A DNA stretch of 63,623 nt, counting the filler, from Intoshia linei (taxonomy: Eukaryota > Animalia > Orthonectida), in NCBI GenBank assembly GCA_001642005.1. It is 5 parts of 5 records of this genome, joined end to end, with 100 filler letters (N's around TTAATTAATTAA, not from the genome) between each part and the next. Parts side by side here need not be neighbours in the genome. Positions count along the whole stretch, not along the records: positions 11,949 to 28,748 come from LWCA01000843.1; 4 more parts are not named here. One strand, given 5' to 3'. Below are positions 11,949 through 23,811 of the stretch, piece after piece. Every line of letters starts with the position of its first letter. Within the stretch, counting starts at the first letter, position 1. A program made the translations under genes and the position numbers. A model generated the notes under the pieces. That model saw only the letters and a list, made by a program, of their open reading frames with translations. It was not told the DNA's origin and did no database searches.

Positions 11949-12579
11949 AAACGTTAAGATTTCCTTGAATTTTTATATAAATTTAATACCATTTCCCCAA
12001 TAGAGTTGGTAAAAAATCAATTGAATTTTTTATTATTTACGTCTAATCCTTACTTTAAATGGACATATATTAAGTTTCATACAGTTAATTACAATATATC
12101 ACTCAAAAACATGTACAATATAACTTAAAATAATTAATATTATCACTGTGAATGTTAGAAAATTTTTAGAAAAAATTATTTTCTGCATGTACTGTACAAT
12201 TTACATAGTTTTATTTAAATATTGATCGATAAAAGTGGTTGCCAAATGAAAATTAACCTAAAAATTATGATAATTATGTATATTCTCAATGTAATATCAT
12301 GTGATATACAATGATAATTAGATGAAATAATTACTTTACGCCACTGAGATTATTTTAAAAATGCAATGAATAAATATTACCTGTATACTCAAATAAGCAA
12401 TTGCGCACTAATTATGGAATGAATTTGAATTTATTGATCACACTCATGGACACTATAATATTACCTGGTAAATTGTTGCCGCAATTTATAATGAGTAAAC
12501 TAGTAACTTACTGAGAATCACTATTATACATCAAATATGCATATTATGTAATCAAAAAATTTAAATTTAATGATTTTAG

Positions 12580-13387
12580 GTTAAAGGACTTTACAAAGGT
12601 ATGGGGGTTCCATTAATTACTGTTGGTTTCCAAAATAGTTTATTTTTTGGTTTCTATGAAACATTTCAGAGACAATTTCAACCAAAACAAGAAAATGAAT
12701 CTTTAAAATATTCAACAATACTGAAATGCACTACACTGTCTGCAATGGTTCAATCAGTTCCAGCTTCAATTTCAGAATTGTTTAAAATTCAAATGCAGAC
12801 AAATCGAAGTAATTTAGATTTTAAAATCTGTAATTGTAGTTTAAATTATTGTTTTAGAAAAGAAAGTGAATATTTCCTGGGTAAATTCATTGATATACAA
12901 AAATATAGGTATTAAAGGTTACTTTTTGGGATTTTCTTCTACAGTATTGCGCGAAGTGCCTGCACTGTCTATATATCTATTATTCTATGAATATTTTACC
13001 AGATTTAAATTTAGCCTCATCAACAAAGACGATTACAATAAACACCAAACCCCATATTCATTTCTTAATGTACAAATTAATCACCAAAAAAATAACCACC
13101 ATGCTAGGTTTATACAACTTTTCCTTGTAGGAGGAATTAGTGGATCTCTTTCTTGGTTTTTCACAGCTCCATTTGATGTTATCAAATCTCGACTGCAATC
13201 AGATAATCTGCAAAATTTAAAATATAAAAACATTTTCTATTGTATTAAATGCATATATCAGGAAGGAGGCGTGAAAAGTTTTATGAAAGGAGGTGGTATG
13301 AGTGCTTTAAGAGCTTTCCCTGTCAATGGAGTAACACTTTCAGTATATACTACGTTATTGTGTTGGAATAAATACCTAATTGATTAA
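12580..13387 (+). CDS. Mitochondrial carrier, SLC25A29/45/48-like amino-acid carrier, last two exons
   Basis: Exons 12580-12808 and 12858-13387 are joined by a 49-nt phase-1 intron. Motifs: GLYKGMGVPL, LREVPA, GGISGSLSW...PFDVIKSRLQ and LRAFPVN. The first carrier repeat is missing, probably upstream in or across the gap. Confidence 0.9.
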
Positions 13388-14045
13388 TTTTTGTTAAATT
13401 GTTATATTTATTAAATTTTTATAATTGTTATCAAAAATATGAATCCCTTCAATCTAATTTCGCTTTATGAAAACAAAATGGTGTCCGTTAAATTTCTGAG
13501 AGAAAAAAAATGTTATTATTAAAAATTATAAGTAAGCATGTTCTTATGGAAAAATGACATTATTTAGGTGATAATTAGCAATTTAATCTATAAAAAAATA
13601 TTATTATGTGAACAAAAAACCGTTTATGCAATATATTTATCGAAAAAAACTAAATATTTTTTCTGACAATACTACAAAAATAAATTACTAAATGACTATA
13701 CCGTGTGGCGATAATCAAAAATTTTTAGTAGATCTATATTCTAGAAGAAATTGCCCTATTTATAAAGTTAAATACCAGTTTCCTTTCAGATGAAAATTAA
13801 TTTTATATTGATTTTTATTGAATAACATAAGTCATGAAAATCATTTTTATAATTAGGTAAGATAATTTTTCTTTATTATAGTGGAATATTTCGAATTAAC
13901 AACTGAACAAATAATATGAAAAAAAATCGGAAAACTAAAACATAAAATTATAAATATTCACAAAATTGAAAAAGCAACGAAATAATGAATAACATTTTAA
14001 AATACAATACATTCAGATTTTATATTTATTTTACACAATAATGAA

Positions 14046-15864
14046 TTAATAATTTGTACTTTCAATAGGGTATTCTGGTTTGGTGGCTTGGCACAATGCA
14101 GCATAGTAAGAATTTTTAGGTGTTTTGTTTTTCATTATTTGATAAACTGCCACAATTGGAATAGGAATTAAGGTCAATGCTGTAATAATCCATCCAAACA
14201 CATCTGACCATAATAGATATGAAGCATCTTTTGTATTCAAGCTGGTGTATTTTATACAATTGAATACAAACACAAAAATAATGGTCAAAGGAGTGAGAAA
14301 AGACCAACAAGTTGCCCAAACAGGGTATAGAAAGTTTTTTGAACTCAACATATAAACAATGTCATTTTTAAAGTTTTTAAGTCCATAAAAATAAGATATT
14401 AATATACACTCCAAAATTGCAACGGTTAAAACATTAAAGGATACAGAATATCCATCCAAAATATCCAAAATTCGTAATCCACCATGAGTGGACATTGGTA
14501 AAGCCAATACAAAGAATATAATACATACAAATAAAAAGGTTAACCATTTTCTTCGTTTCAAAGTTGGGAAATTATCAAATATAGCTGTAGTTACAGTTTC
14601 AACCAATGTAAATTCCGAATCTAAGCCCAACGTTATCAACATTACAAAAAACAATATACTCCATAGAGGAGACAGATTCATATAAGAGAGTGTAGCGGGG
14701 TAAACGATAAAAGCTAAACCGACACCACCAGCTACAACCTGATCCACTGTTGTTTTCATTTCTTCAGCTAGGAATCCAAGAAAACCAAAAATAACAAAGC
14801 CAGCAAAAAAACTTGTAGCGCAATTAGTCAGCGGGATGATTAACGCGTCTCGAAAGGTGTTATTGTTGAATTTGTTGTATGAGGCCAATGTGATAAGACC
14901 TCCCAGTCCAGCAGACAATGAAAAGAAAATTTGCACAGCTGCATCCAGCCATATTTCTCCAGTTAACAGAGACTCCCATTTAATATTTAAAATGTAAAAA
15001 TGAATACCGTTTAAAGCTCCTTTTAAGGTTAACGCCCGAATGAACAAAATAACTAACATTAAATACGGAAATAACGCCGTAAAATAAACAACTTTACCAG
15101 ATGATTTAATCCCTTTCGACATAGAGGCAAATACTATTACCCATATCAGCAATAAACATCCAACAATTTCATATTTGAATCCAACCAAATCAAATAAACT
15201 TTCCGAGTTTGTTATTCCCAAAATTTCAGTGAAGAAATAACCTTCGGCTGGTAACTTGGGTTTTATATTTTTAGATAAAGCAGCAATTGTATTCGCGATT
15301 CCGTACAATGATGTGCCATCATAGCATGTTCCATTTTCATACTCAATATATCCCATTTCGATACAATTCGTTGCATCGCTTAACAATGTTTGACATACTA
15401 AATTAAAATTAAATCAGAAAAAAATAAATATTACGTGGCATATTCCATTCAACTTTGCAATCCTCCCACGGTAAAACCGTATTCAATGATTTGAATAAAT
15501 ACAATGCTGCCCATGCGATAATCACGTTGTAATATATTGCCATAAAAGCCGATATGGCTATCATTGAAATTCCAACTCCTTTAAAAAGAGGCACATGCTT
15601 AAAACAATTTACTGGGCCTCTGCTAGTAAATTGACCAACACATAATTCTAAAAAAAATATTGGTATTCCGATTAGAAACAGCATGCATGTATAGGGGATT
15701 AAAAAAATAGCCCCTCCATGCTTGTAGCACAGGTATGGAAACCTCCATACATTGCCTAGACCAACTGCATAACCAATGCACGATAGCATGAATTCCATTT
15801 TATTTGACCATTTGTCTCTTTGATTGGAATTTGTTTGAACAACTTCTTTAATTTCAATTTTCAT
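14046..15864 (-). CDS. SLC6 sodium/chloride-dependent amino-acid/neurotransmitter transporter, two exons
   Basis: ORFs 15864-15409 and 15386-14046 are joined by a 37-nt intron (15398-15434). Motifs: RDKWSNKMEF, YAVGLGNVWRFPYLC, SSGKVVYFTA, QIFFSLS, GLAFIVYP and LGLDSEF. Confidence 0.96.
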
Positions 15865-16439
15865 TTTGATGATAAAGTGGTAAAATTTTTTGATAAATGA
15901 AAATTCAAGGCATTATAAATCAACAAAATATGAATTCACAGTGGACAATGAAATTGTTTCTCTATTATTAACAACAAAATTATTATAATCATGAATTAAA
16001 TGTATTTAGAGTGTTTGGATGCAGTGTTCCATATCCTTCATCAACAAAATGGTGCTTATTATCAATAGAGTATTCCATTATTTTAATAATTATTATTGTT
16101 AAATTAAATTTAATGAATATAATGTTTCCTCATGGATGTCAATGTGATTTTGAAGGGATTGTACTGATTACGAAAATGTTAAAATTATTAAAAATTCAAA
16201 TACATTCATGTAGATATAAATATTAAAATGTAAGATTTGACTAAAAAATATTATTGTGAATCTAACAAATAATTTTTTTATGTAATTTATGAATTTTTTT
16301 CCGGTTTAATTTACAAATAAAAGTACAATTTTTGATGGATAAGAATTTAAAATACATAAAATATTGATATTTTAATTTTAATCAACAATTTAAATTTCAA
16401 ATCGGATATTATGGCTTTGTAGCTAAACAGTGTGAAGTT

Positions 16440-16850
16440 CACACTGCACAGTATAGTAATAAGTTTTTGCTGATTTATTTTTCTTTGTTAGACAAATTGC
16501 AACAATGCAAAATGGAAATAGTCTTAATGCTGTAATAATTATTATGGGATTATAATCCTATCAAACATATCCCAGCACTATAGATATGAAAAAAATTTAA
16601 TTTGTTGTATGATACCAAGTTATAAGACCTCTCAATCCAGCGGAAAATAAAAAGAAAATTCTAACAGTTGCATCCAGCCATATATCTCCAGTTGACAGAG
16701 ATTCCCATTTAATATTGAAGAAGTAAAAATGAATACCGTTTAAAGCTTTTATTTCTCGTTTCAATGACAATGCTCGAATAAACAAAATATTAAACATTAA
16801 CTAAAGAAGTCACGTCGTAAAATTACAACTGTTCCAGAGGATTTAATCTC
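16440..16850 (-). pseudogene. Degraded, internally deleted duplicate of the adjacent SLC6 gene
   Basis: About 16600-16850 aligns by eye with about 14870-15110 (ALNGIHFY..NIKWESL.TG.IWLDA), and about 16440-16590 with about 14090-14223. Frameshifts and stops are present. Confidence 0.85.
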
Positions 16851-16989
16851 TTGATATTAAAGTCAAGAATCTGCATAAAGAATTGTACATGTATGAATAT
16901 AAAAAACTTTAATTTTTTTCTAACGTGATCTTATTTTTTTTATTTTAATTGGCATACATACTAAATATTATACCGACACCGACTTTTAG

Positions 16990-17073
16990 TATTAGGTCAT
17001 TCACAAAGTTATGTCGTTTTTATAACTATAATTAAAACTTCTATAATAATAATTTTGATTAACCTTTATTCTA
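16990..17073 (+). repeat. Mariner-like terminal sequence, dispersed
   Basis: TA|TTAGGTCATTCACAAAGTTATGTCGTT... is nearly identical over ~84 bp to 44441-44524, and a related end occurs at 63551-63587. Confidence 0.6.
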
Positions 17074-18280
17074 TTATTATTAATTTATTTATTTTTTTAT
17101 ATTCGTTATGGATTTGGAAATACAAAATAGCCAATTCCAAATCCGCTTCCATAATCTGGTTTGACATATTCAATATCAGTTGTTTTGGGAAGCTGACTTT
17201 CTTTTTATATTTGTTTTTACTATATTTTAAGATACTTTTTGTCATTTTAATTTCAATTAATTCAAAAAACACAATTTATTTTAACTTAATTTCAACTAGT
17301 GATATTTGCTTAAATAAAATTTCTCTAAAACCAAACTACTAGACAAAATTAAAAAAATACGATAATATAAATTTTACTAGGTTGACTGTAATGTACTACG
17401 TACAAACAGCACCTAAGAAAAGTTTTAGATTATAGAACGTAATATTTTTTTCATAATTAATGATCATAATAATGGTTGATTAAATTTTAAATTTTTTTGA
17501 TTTAGTTTGCTTTTTTCTTGCTTTGCGCAAAAAATATTTTTTTTAAGATGCATTAACGAAAAAAACTTATACTTAACCGCTCAGGAATATTATTTTTGTT
17601 ATTTCGATTGTAATGATTCGAAAAAATTGGTCAATTTAAAAAATTATAATGTACATAAATACCAGAATTTTTTTTAAGAAAATGATCATGTAACTATCAC
17701 CATTAATAGTTACAATATATAAATATATATTACTCTCCAGGTATTATCTTAAATATTATATATTAATTAAATTCTGATACTACATTTTGATATATTTAAT
17801 GTGATTCATTTTAATGTATTCTTGTTTCATTTTTACCTTATCTTATCCATTTACAATCTATTAATACCATATTAAAATGGAAAAAAGACTTTAATCATTT
17901 AATGAACAATGATGTAACACTACAACGAAAATTAAATTAAATATATTAAAGATATACATATACATTTAAATATATACACCTAAATACTAAGCATATATTA
18001 TCAACATAATTAAAATAAATTAAATTTTAATTTATACAATATATTTTTTATATTTTATGTTATAAATCACTGATGCATACATATACACTGATAACATACA
18101 CTAATAATCTGCATAATTTATTAGCCAAATCTAAAAAATTAAAAAATTTGTTCCAAAAAGTGGACTAAATTCTTAAATTTTTTTATTGGGAGTGTGCACA
18201 ATAGTTTACGACAATATTTAAAATGCAAACAAAAAATTCTAATACAATTAAAATTAAATATATAAATATTAGTTAATAAA

Positions 18281-19297
18281 AGTGTGTCAAAATATTAGGC
18301 AAATGTAATGAACATAAATGAATGAAGTGGAATTTATCATTAAAAATTAGTTCTAATATTTAATATAGTTGCCATGAACTTGTAACACCTTAATGAGCCT
18401 AGCATCGACAGAATCGGTCAATCTCTTGACACGTTCTGGTATAATTGATTTAGAAACTTCTTTAATAGCATTTCAAAGGTCATCAATTGAGTTATACTGA
18501 GTCCCAGCCGAATATAATTTTCTAAATGATTAATATGAATAATTATTAAAGTAATTTAAATATATTACATTTTTATCATGCTCCAGTAATTTTCTATTGG
18601 GTTTAAATCGGAACTGTTAGGGGGCCAATTCATCAATTTTTCTTCGCTAATGCAATTTTCTGAAAGAAATGTTCTAGTAAATAACGATGCATGTGAAGGT
18701 GCATTGTCATGCATAAATATGAACTTATTTCTAAAAATTTCGGTCTTCGAATTTATCCATGGACAGTAATTTTCCTCCAGAAATTCCGTGTAACTAAACA
18801 TAGAAATTGAAACATGCTACAATAATAAGTATTACAATTTAGAATTCATTTTTACGCCAGTGGGAACAGGAAATGGTCCTAATACCTTATTTCCAATGAT
18901 TCCTGCCCAAAACATGACACCTCCACCACCTTGTTGGCGACGCATTCTTGAAGGTGTTTCAGCAGTATTCAATACCCAAGCTCGATTTCGTCCACGTTTC
19001 GATTTTACAGTTATTTTGGATAGATCATTAATCCATTTCTTTATAGTGTGATGATCGCGCTTTAAACACTTAAAAATTTGAAGAGTTGTCTTCCCTCTTG
19101 CTATTTATTAAATTATACAAGAAAACGATATTAAGTAGATAAAAAGTTTTTTTGCATATTAACTATTTATTTTTTAATAAATAATATTAGCATCTGTTAC
19201 AAGTCATCGAATTACAAAAAAAACAAATATTTTGGCTAGATCTTGAGTGTATTACATAGCTTTATATGATTTGCCTAAAAATTTGACACAATGTGTA
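18281..19297 (-). mobile_element. Decayed Tc1-family (DD34E) transposon
   Basis: Minus-strand motifs RRQQGGGGVMFWAGI, FMHDNAPSH and WPPNSSDLNPIENYW. Inverted repeats TGTGTCAAAATATTAGGCAAAT (18283) and ATTTGCCTAAAAATTTGACACA (19269-19290) followed by ATGTG|TA. Internally deleted. Confidence 0.88.
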
Positions 19298-19504
19298 TTT
19301 TTTCCATGTTAAACCTGAATCGTTTAAAATAGGTTTCAGTGAATCTTATGCGATATGATTTCAAAAAGGTTGTTGATTATTGAAAATTAAAATATAAATT
19401 ACAAAACGATGTAATTAAATTAATTAAATAAACAATATGAGATGTAAATAATAATATTATAATATACATATGTAATACATATTTTTTTACATATGTAAAT
19501 TATA

Positions 19505-19890
19505 TCCTTACTTATATAATATGCTACGCTATTTTTGTTTGTGTGTGTTCAGTTGTATCCTGTTAACACACAGAAAATATTTCAATCTAAATAAGTGACG
19601 CCTTCACGGTCAAAAAAGCATTTTAGTATTTATATATTTTTTTTCCGAAATATTTTATTAACAAAATGTGACTATCCGAAAATTAAAAAAAAGATTTATC
19701 TGATACAGCTTATTCCAGTTGATATAAATACAAAATTTCAACCCCAGAAATCAACCATTCTCGGTGAAAATAATTTTTAATATATTATCAACCAATATTT
19801 TTCAAATATTTCGATTAAAAAAAAATTGAAAATGTAAATATTGATCCTACAATTTCAAAAAAAATGTGCATTAAACGTCTACACATTTCC
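19505..19890 (+). mobile_element. Helitron-like dispersed repeat copy
   Basis: A|TCCTTACTTATATAATATGCTACGC..TTTGTTTGTGTGTGT start, with the body shared with 53737-54310 and (reverse) 45820-46496. Confidence 0.65.
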
Positions 19891-20226
19891 AATCAAGAAA
19901 TATAAATGAAAATCTATATAATTCGGTGCTTCGAAGTTTTTTTCATTGCTACGCAATTTTTCAATCTCAAATTCTCATTTTCAAAAAATTTAACGAAATT
20001 TATTTTAAAAACACAGCAACTAAAAGTACAACTTTATTATTATCATTTTAATATTTATTACAATCCTTTGCAATATTGGTAAAATTCACCTGAAATATGT
20101 TCATAAAGTGCTGATTCCGCCTTATACGCCTATATTAGATTATACCCAGAAGTGGTATATTAATTGTAAAATTTTAGTATGTAATGTATACAAAATATTA
20201 ACAAAAATATAAATAAAAAATTATAT

Positions 20227-21223
20227 TTATAAAACAATTTCATTTTCGATGTAATTTCTATAGGCTAATGAAAGTTTGTCTGATATTTGAAATGTTTGTT
20301 GTAAAACAGGTAAGACGTCATCGAAAAATAACAATTGCTTTAAAAATTTAGCTAGTTTTTTCAATGATACGTCAGAGGGATCACCAATCCATGCATTTAT
20401 TGGAATTCCATTAAATATCTAAAATATAATAATAAAAATTATGTAGTTATTATTATTCACAATATTAAAGTATTAGTAAATATTGAGTGGCATACATATT
20501 GATTTATATTGTTATTCGCAATAATATTTCATAATAAATCAAAAAAAATTTTTCATGCCTTGGTTCGATAATAAAATATAATTTTTTTACAATAAAAAAA
20601 TGAGTATCTATAAAACATAAGATAAAATGTTTAAAGTTATATGTAAATACATGTATATGACTAACTATTTATTTAGCTATTGAATTTAAAAAATGTATCT
20701 TTATCAAACCATATAATTTGGTTTGTTTCAATATATTTCAATTTCAATATTTCAATTTAATTTTATTTAAATAAAATTTACTTGTAGAATGAAAGAATTT
20801 GTATTATCATCAACGATGACAGTTTTTTTTAAGTCACGATTTAGTTTGTTGAGATTTTTGACATATTTAGCATTGATTTTTGTACAATCTCGAAAGTATA
20901 GTCGATGTGAAAAAATGGTACATTCAGGGTCAATGATATCTAAGATGGTGTCAGCATATTTCTTTTTAGCTGCAGTAAATACAATAATTTCATAATATCT
21001 TTTAATTTCATTGAGAAATTCCATCAAGTAGGGACGAAAAAAACCAAAAAATTTGTTTGAAACTTGATAATCATATTCTTCTAGAGTACTATACAATTGA
21101 GTGCTAAACACCATTGTGTGGTCCATATCTAAAACTAGGGTGTATTTGCTATTCTCTGGTGGTTCTATGGTCGGCCAAACGTATTGATATTTGTATCTTT
21201 CGCAAGAATGGTATAGAATAGCA
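20227..21223 (-). CDS. SCP/FCP1 (NIF-domain) small CTD phosphatase, CTDSPL2-like; 5' exon(s) unresolved
   Basis: The exon starting at 21223 has TLVLDMDHTMV, RPYL.EFL, EIIVFTA..K.YAD.ILD, HRLY..DC and YVKNL..L.RDL..TVIVDD. The last exon is IFNGIPINAWIGDPSD..L..L..FL...DDV, with the stop at 20227-20229. Confidence 0.9.
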
Positions 21224-21569
21224 CTATAATACAAAATAAAATGATAATAATTTTAAATAATTATAATTAATTTTAATAACATAAATTTTAATTATTGTCG
21301 TGCACAAAACAAAACATTGTAGTAAATGAGATTGCAAGGTCTTAAAAATGATATTGTAAATTTATGTAGTAAATGTATTAAATTTCAAGCATGATGGTAG
21401 AAATATTAATTAGCTAATTAAAACTTTATAATTTACTAATTAATGTATAAAAAATTTACTATAGAAAGTTTCAATTTTGACTAAAACTCGATCATTATAG
21501 ACTGGTTAGTCTTTACATACATTTAATAAATATTAATATATTTTAAACCCAAATCACTGTTTTATAATA

Positions 21570-23811
21570 CAGGCTAATTCCTATTTAACGGAATTCCTCG
21601 TTAACAGAAAAAAATTTCTGATTAACGGAGTGTGCCTTTTTCTAAAGTACAAAAATTCCGTTAAATTTTAACTTGAACGACTAGCATCATAATTATACTA
21701 AAGCCTTTTCGGTTCAAATTAAAAGCTTTAGATAAGTAAAACATCTTATTTTCTTCTTCATTAATGATGATAATAATGGTTGTTATTAATTATATGAAAT
21801 AAAATAACCTGCAAATATTGGTTAAGTGGAATGAAAATCAAAAATTTTTCATTATTTTCATGCAGTGGTTACCGGTTCAAATAGTGTACGGACCCCCATT
21901 TAAAAATATTTATTTTTTTAAACCTAAGGAAAAAATGAGATATACGACATTGATGAAAAAATTGAGGTTTTTCATCATAGGATTTAGTAAAATAATGTTT
22001 TTCAAAAAAATATTGAAAAAAGATGCTTTTTTTATTGAGGGTTAGTAAAATTTCATTTTTTATTTTGGGTTTTGGATTAGGAAGTTGTTACTCATAAGAT
22101 TTAGTATAATCGGATTTTTCAAAATAATATTGGAAAAAAAACATTTCCCTTAAGCGTTGGTAATATGGGAGTTAAAATAATAGGTTTTTTTCATAATATT
22201 TGGCAAAATCGTGTTTTTCAAAAAAATATTTGAAAAATGGTATTTTTCCATTAACAGTTAGTAAAATTAAATTTTTATTTAGTTGTTTTATTAACTATTC
22301 TATTTTTAAGCATTAAGCCAAAACTGCTTATCTATGATGACTAATATAAATATTCGGCTTAAAATTTATTCGAAATAAACTAAAAGTGATATTACGTATT
22401 TTCCTAGACACTTTAATTAAGTGGATTTTTTTATAAGGTTTCATAAAATCAAATTTTTTAAAAAAATATTGGTAAAAGTCAATTTTTCCTGAGGGCTTGA
22501 AAATATTTTTTATTAAATTTTTTTAATGGTGGGATAAAAGTAGTATTTTTGAAATAATAATGTAGCGATTGTCTAAGTCAGGGGTGCACAACCTTTTCAC
22601 CAATTCATCCAAAATTCTAATTTTCTCATTGATACTACGGCCGCACAAAATTTACTTCAAAATTGAGAAAGTTTACTCTGGACCAAAATTTTAGGTCTAA
22701 TAAAACAGTTTTCTTAAAATTTTAATAAGCAAGCTTTAATTAATAAATTTTAATTAAAATTAATCCTTAATTCACCCATATAAATTAACACCACATTTGT
22801 CATTTATCTGAATCGAAATAAATAGCAATAGTAAGATTAATGCAATGCTTCTCATGGGGGTGACTGATCACCCCAAGGGGTGAATACAAAAATTAAGATG
22901 ATTGTAGACGAATCTAAAGACTTCAGCATATTTCATTCAATCATCCAATTTAATAAAATCTTATGAGAAAAAACCAAAATATTAACAAACCTAAAAGGAA
23001 AAAATACCTTTTTACCAATATTTTTTTGAAAAATCCATTTTTACCAAAGTTTTAGAAAAAACTATCCTATCTGATTCCAAAAAGAAAAAACTCAATTTTA
23101 CCAACCTTTAAGGTAAAAAATAGCTTTTCTAATATTTTTCTGAAAAATCCCATAATACCAAACTTTTAGATAAATAATTCCTCTAACTGATTCCAAAACA
23201 AAAAATCTCCTATTACTAATATTTTTTTCAAAAAACATTAATCATTAATTTTTCAGTAAATAATTAATAATAATTGGACAACAGAAAAAAGTTTCATTAA
23301 AAACCGATTTGTTGATACATTACAGTAGAAGACATTAAAAAAAATAAAAATGTAAATATTAATAATGACACAAAAAAGATATCAGTGACTGCCTTGATTT
23401 TGTGTGCCCTTCGCTAACATTTGAGAAACTGGGGCAAATTCAAGAATGTAACTTTTTGATTAAAATATTTTAAATAGACCTTGAATCAAATCTGATTTAA
23501 ACTTTTCAATTTATAGTAAAATGATATATTGCATTATGATCAGATGGATTGTCCACGACCACACGATGTGCACCCCTGATTTAGGCTTTGGGATAATCAA
23601 CACCTAGAAACTCTGTAATAAATATTAAAAATTTTTCTATATTTTATTGAATTTCACGAACCCTTCACGAAACCAATTTTGGATCCCTATGTGGAATCAT
23701 TGTTTTAATGTATATATTATTTATTTGTATTTACAAAAAAATTCCGTTAACAAAATTGAATTTTTTTTCAGAACCAATTAGATTGTATTCCGTTTACGAG
23801 GAATTATCATG
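21570..23811. mobile_element. Non-autonomous pogo/Tigger-like element containing nested repeats
   Basis: TA|CAGGCTAATTCCTATTTAACGGAAT at the left and ATTCCGTTTACGAGGAATTATCATG|TA at the right form imperfect TIRs with TA flanks. Confidence 0.6.
22579..23578. mobile_element. hAT (Buster-type) non-autonomous element
   Basis: TIRs CAGGGGTGCACA / TGTGCACCCCTG. Both 8-bp flanks fit nnnTAnnn but are not identical. Confidence 0.55.

Noticed and set aside
17055-17342. Overlapping small ORFs on both strands
   Set aside because: They begin or end in a mariner-like repeat, use non-ATG starts and show no recognisable domain.
21950-23240. Regularly spaced ~31-bp units superficially like a CRISPR array
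   Set aside because: Degenerate contiguous minisatellite without unique spacers, no cas genes, and a eukaryotic intron-containing context.
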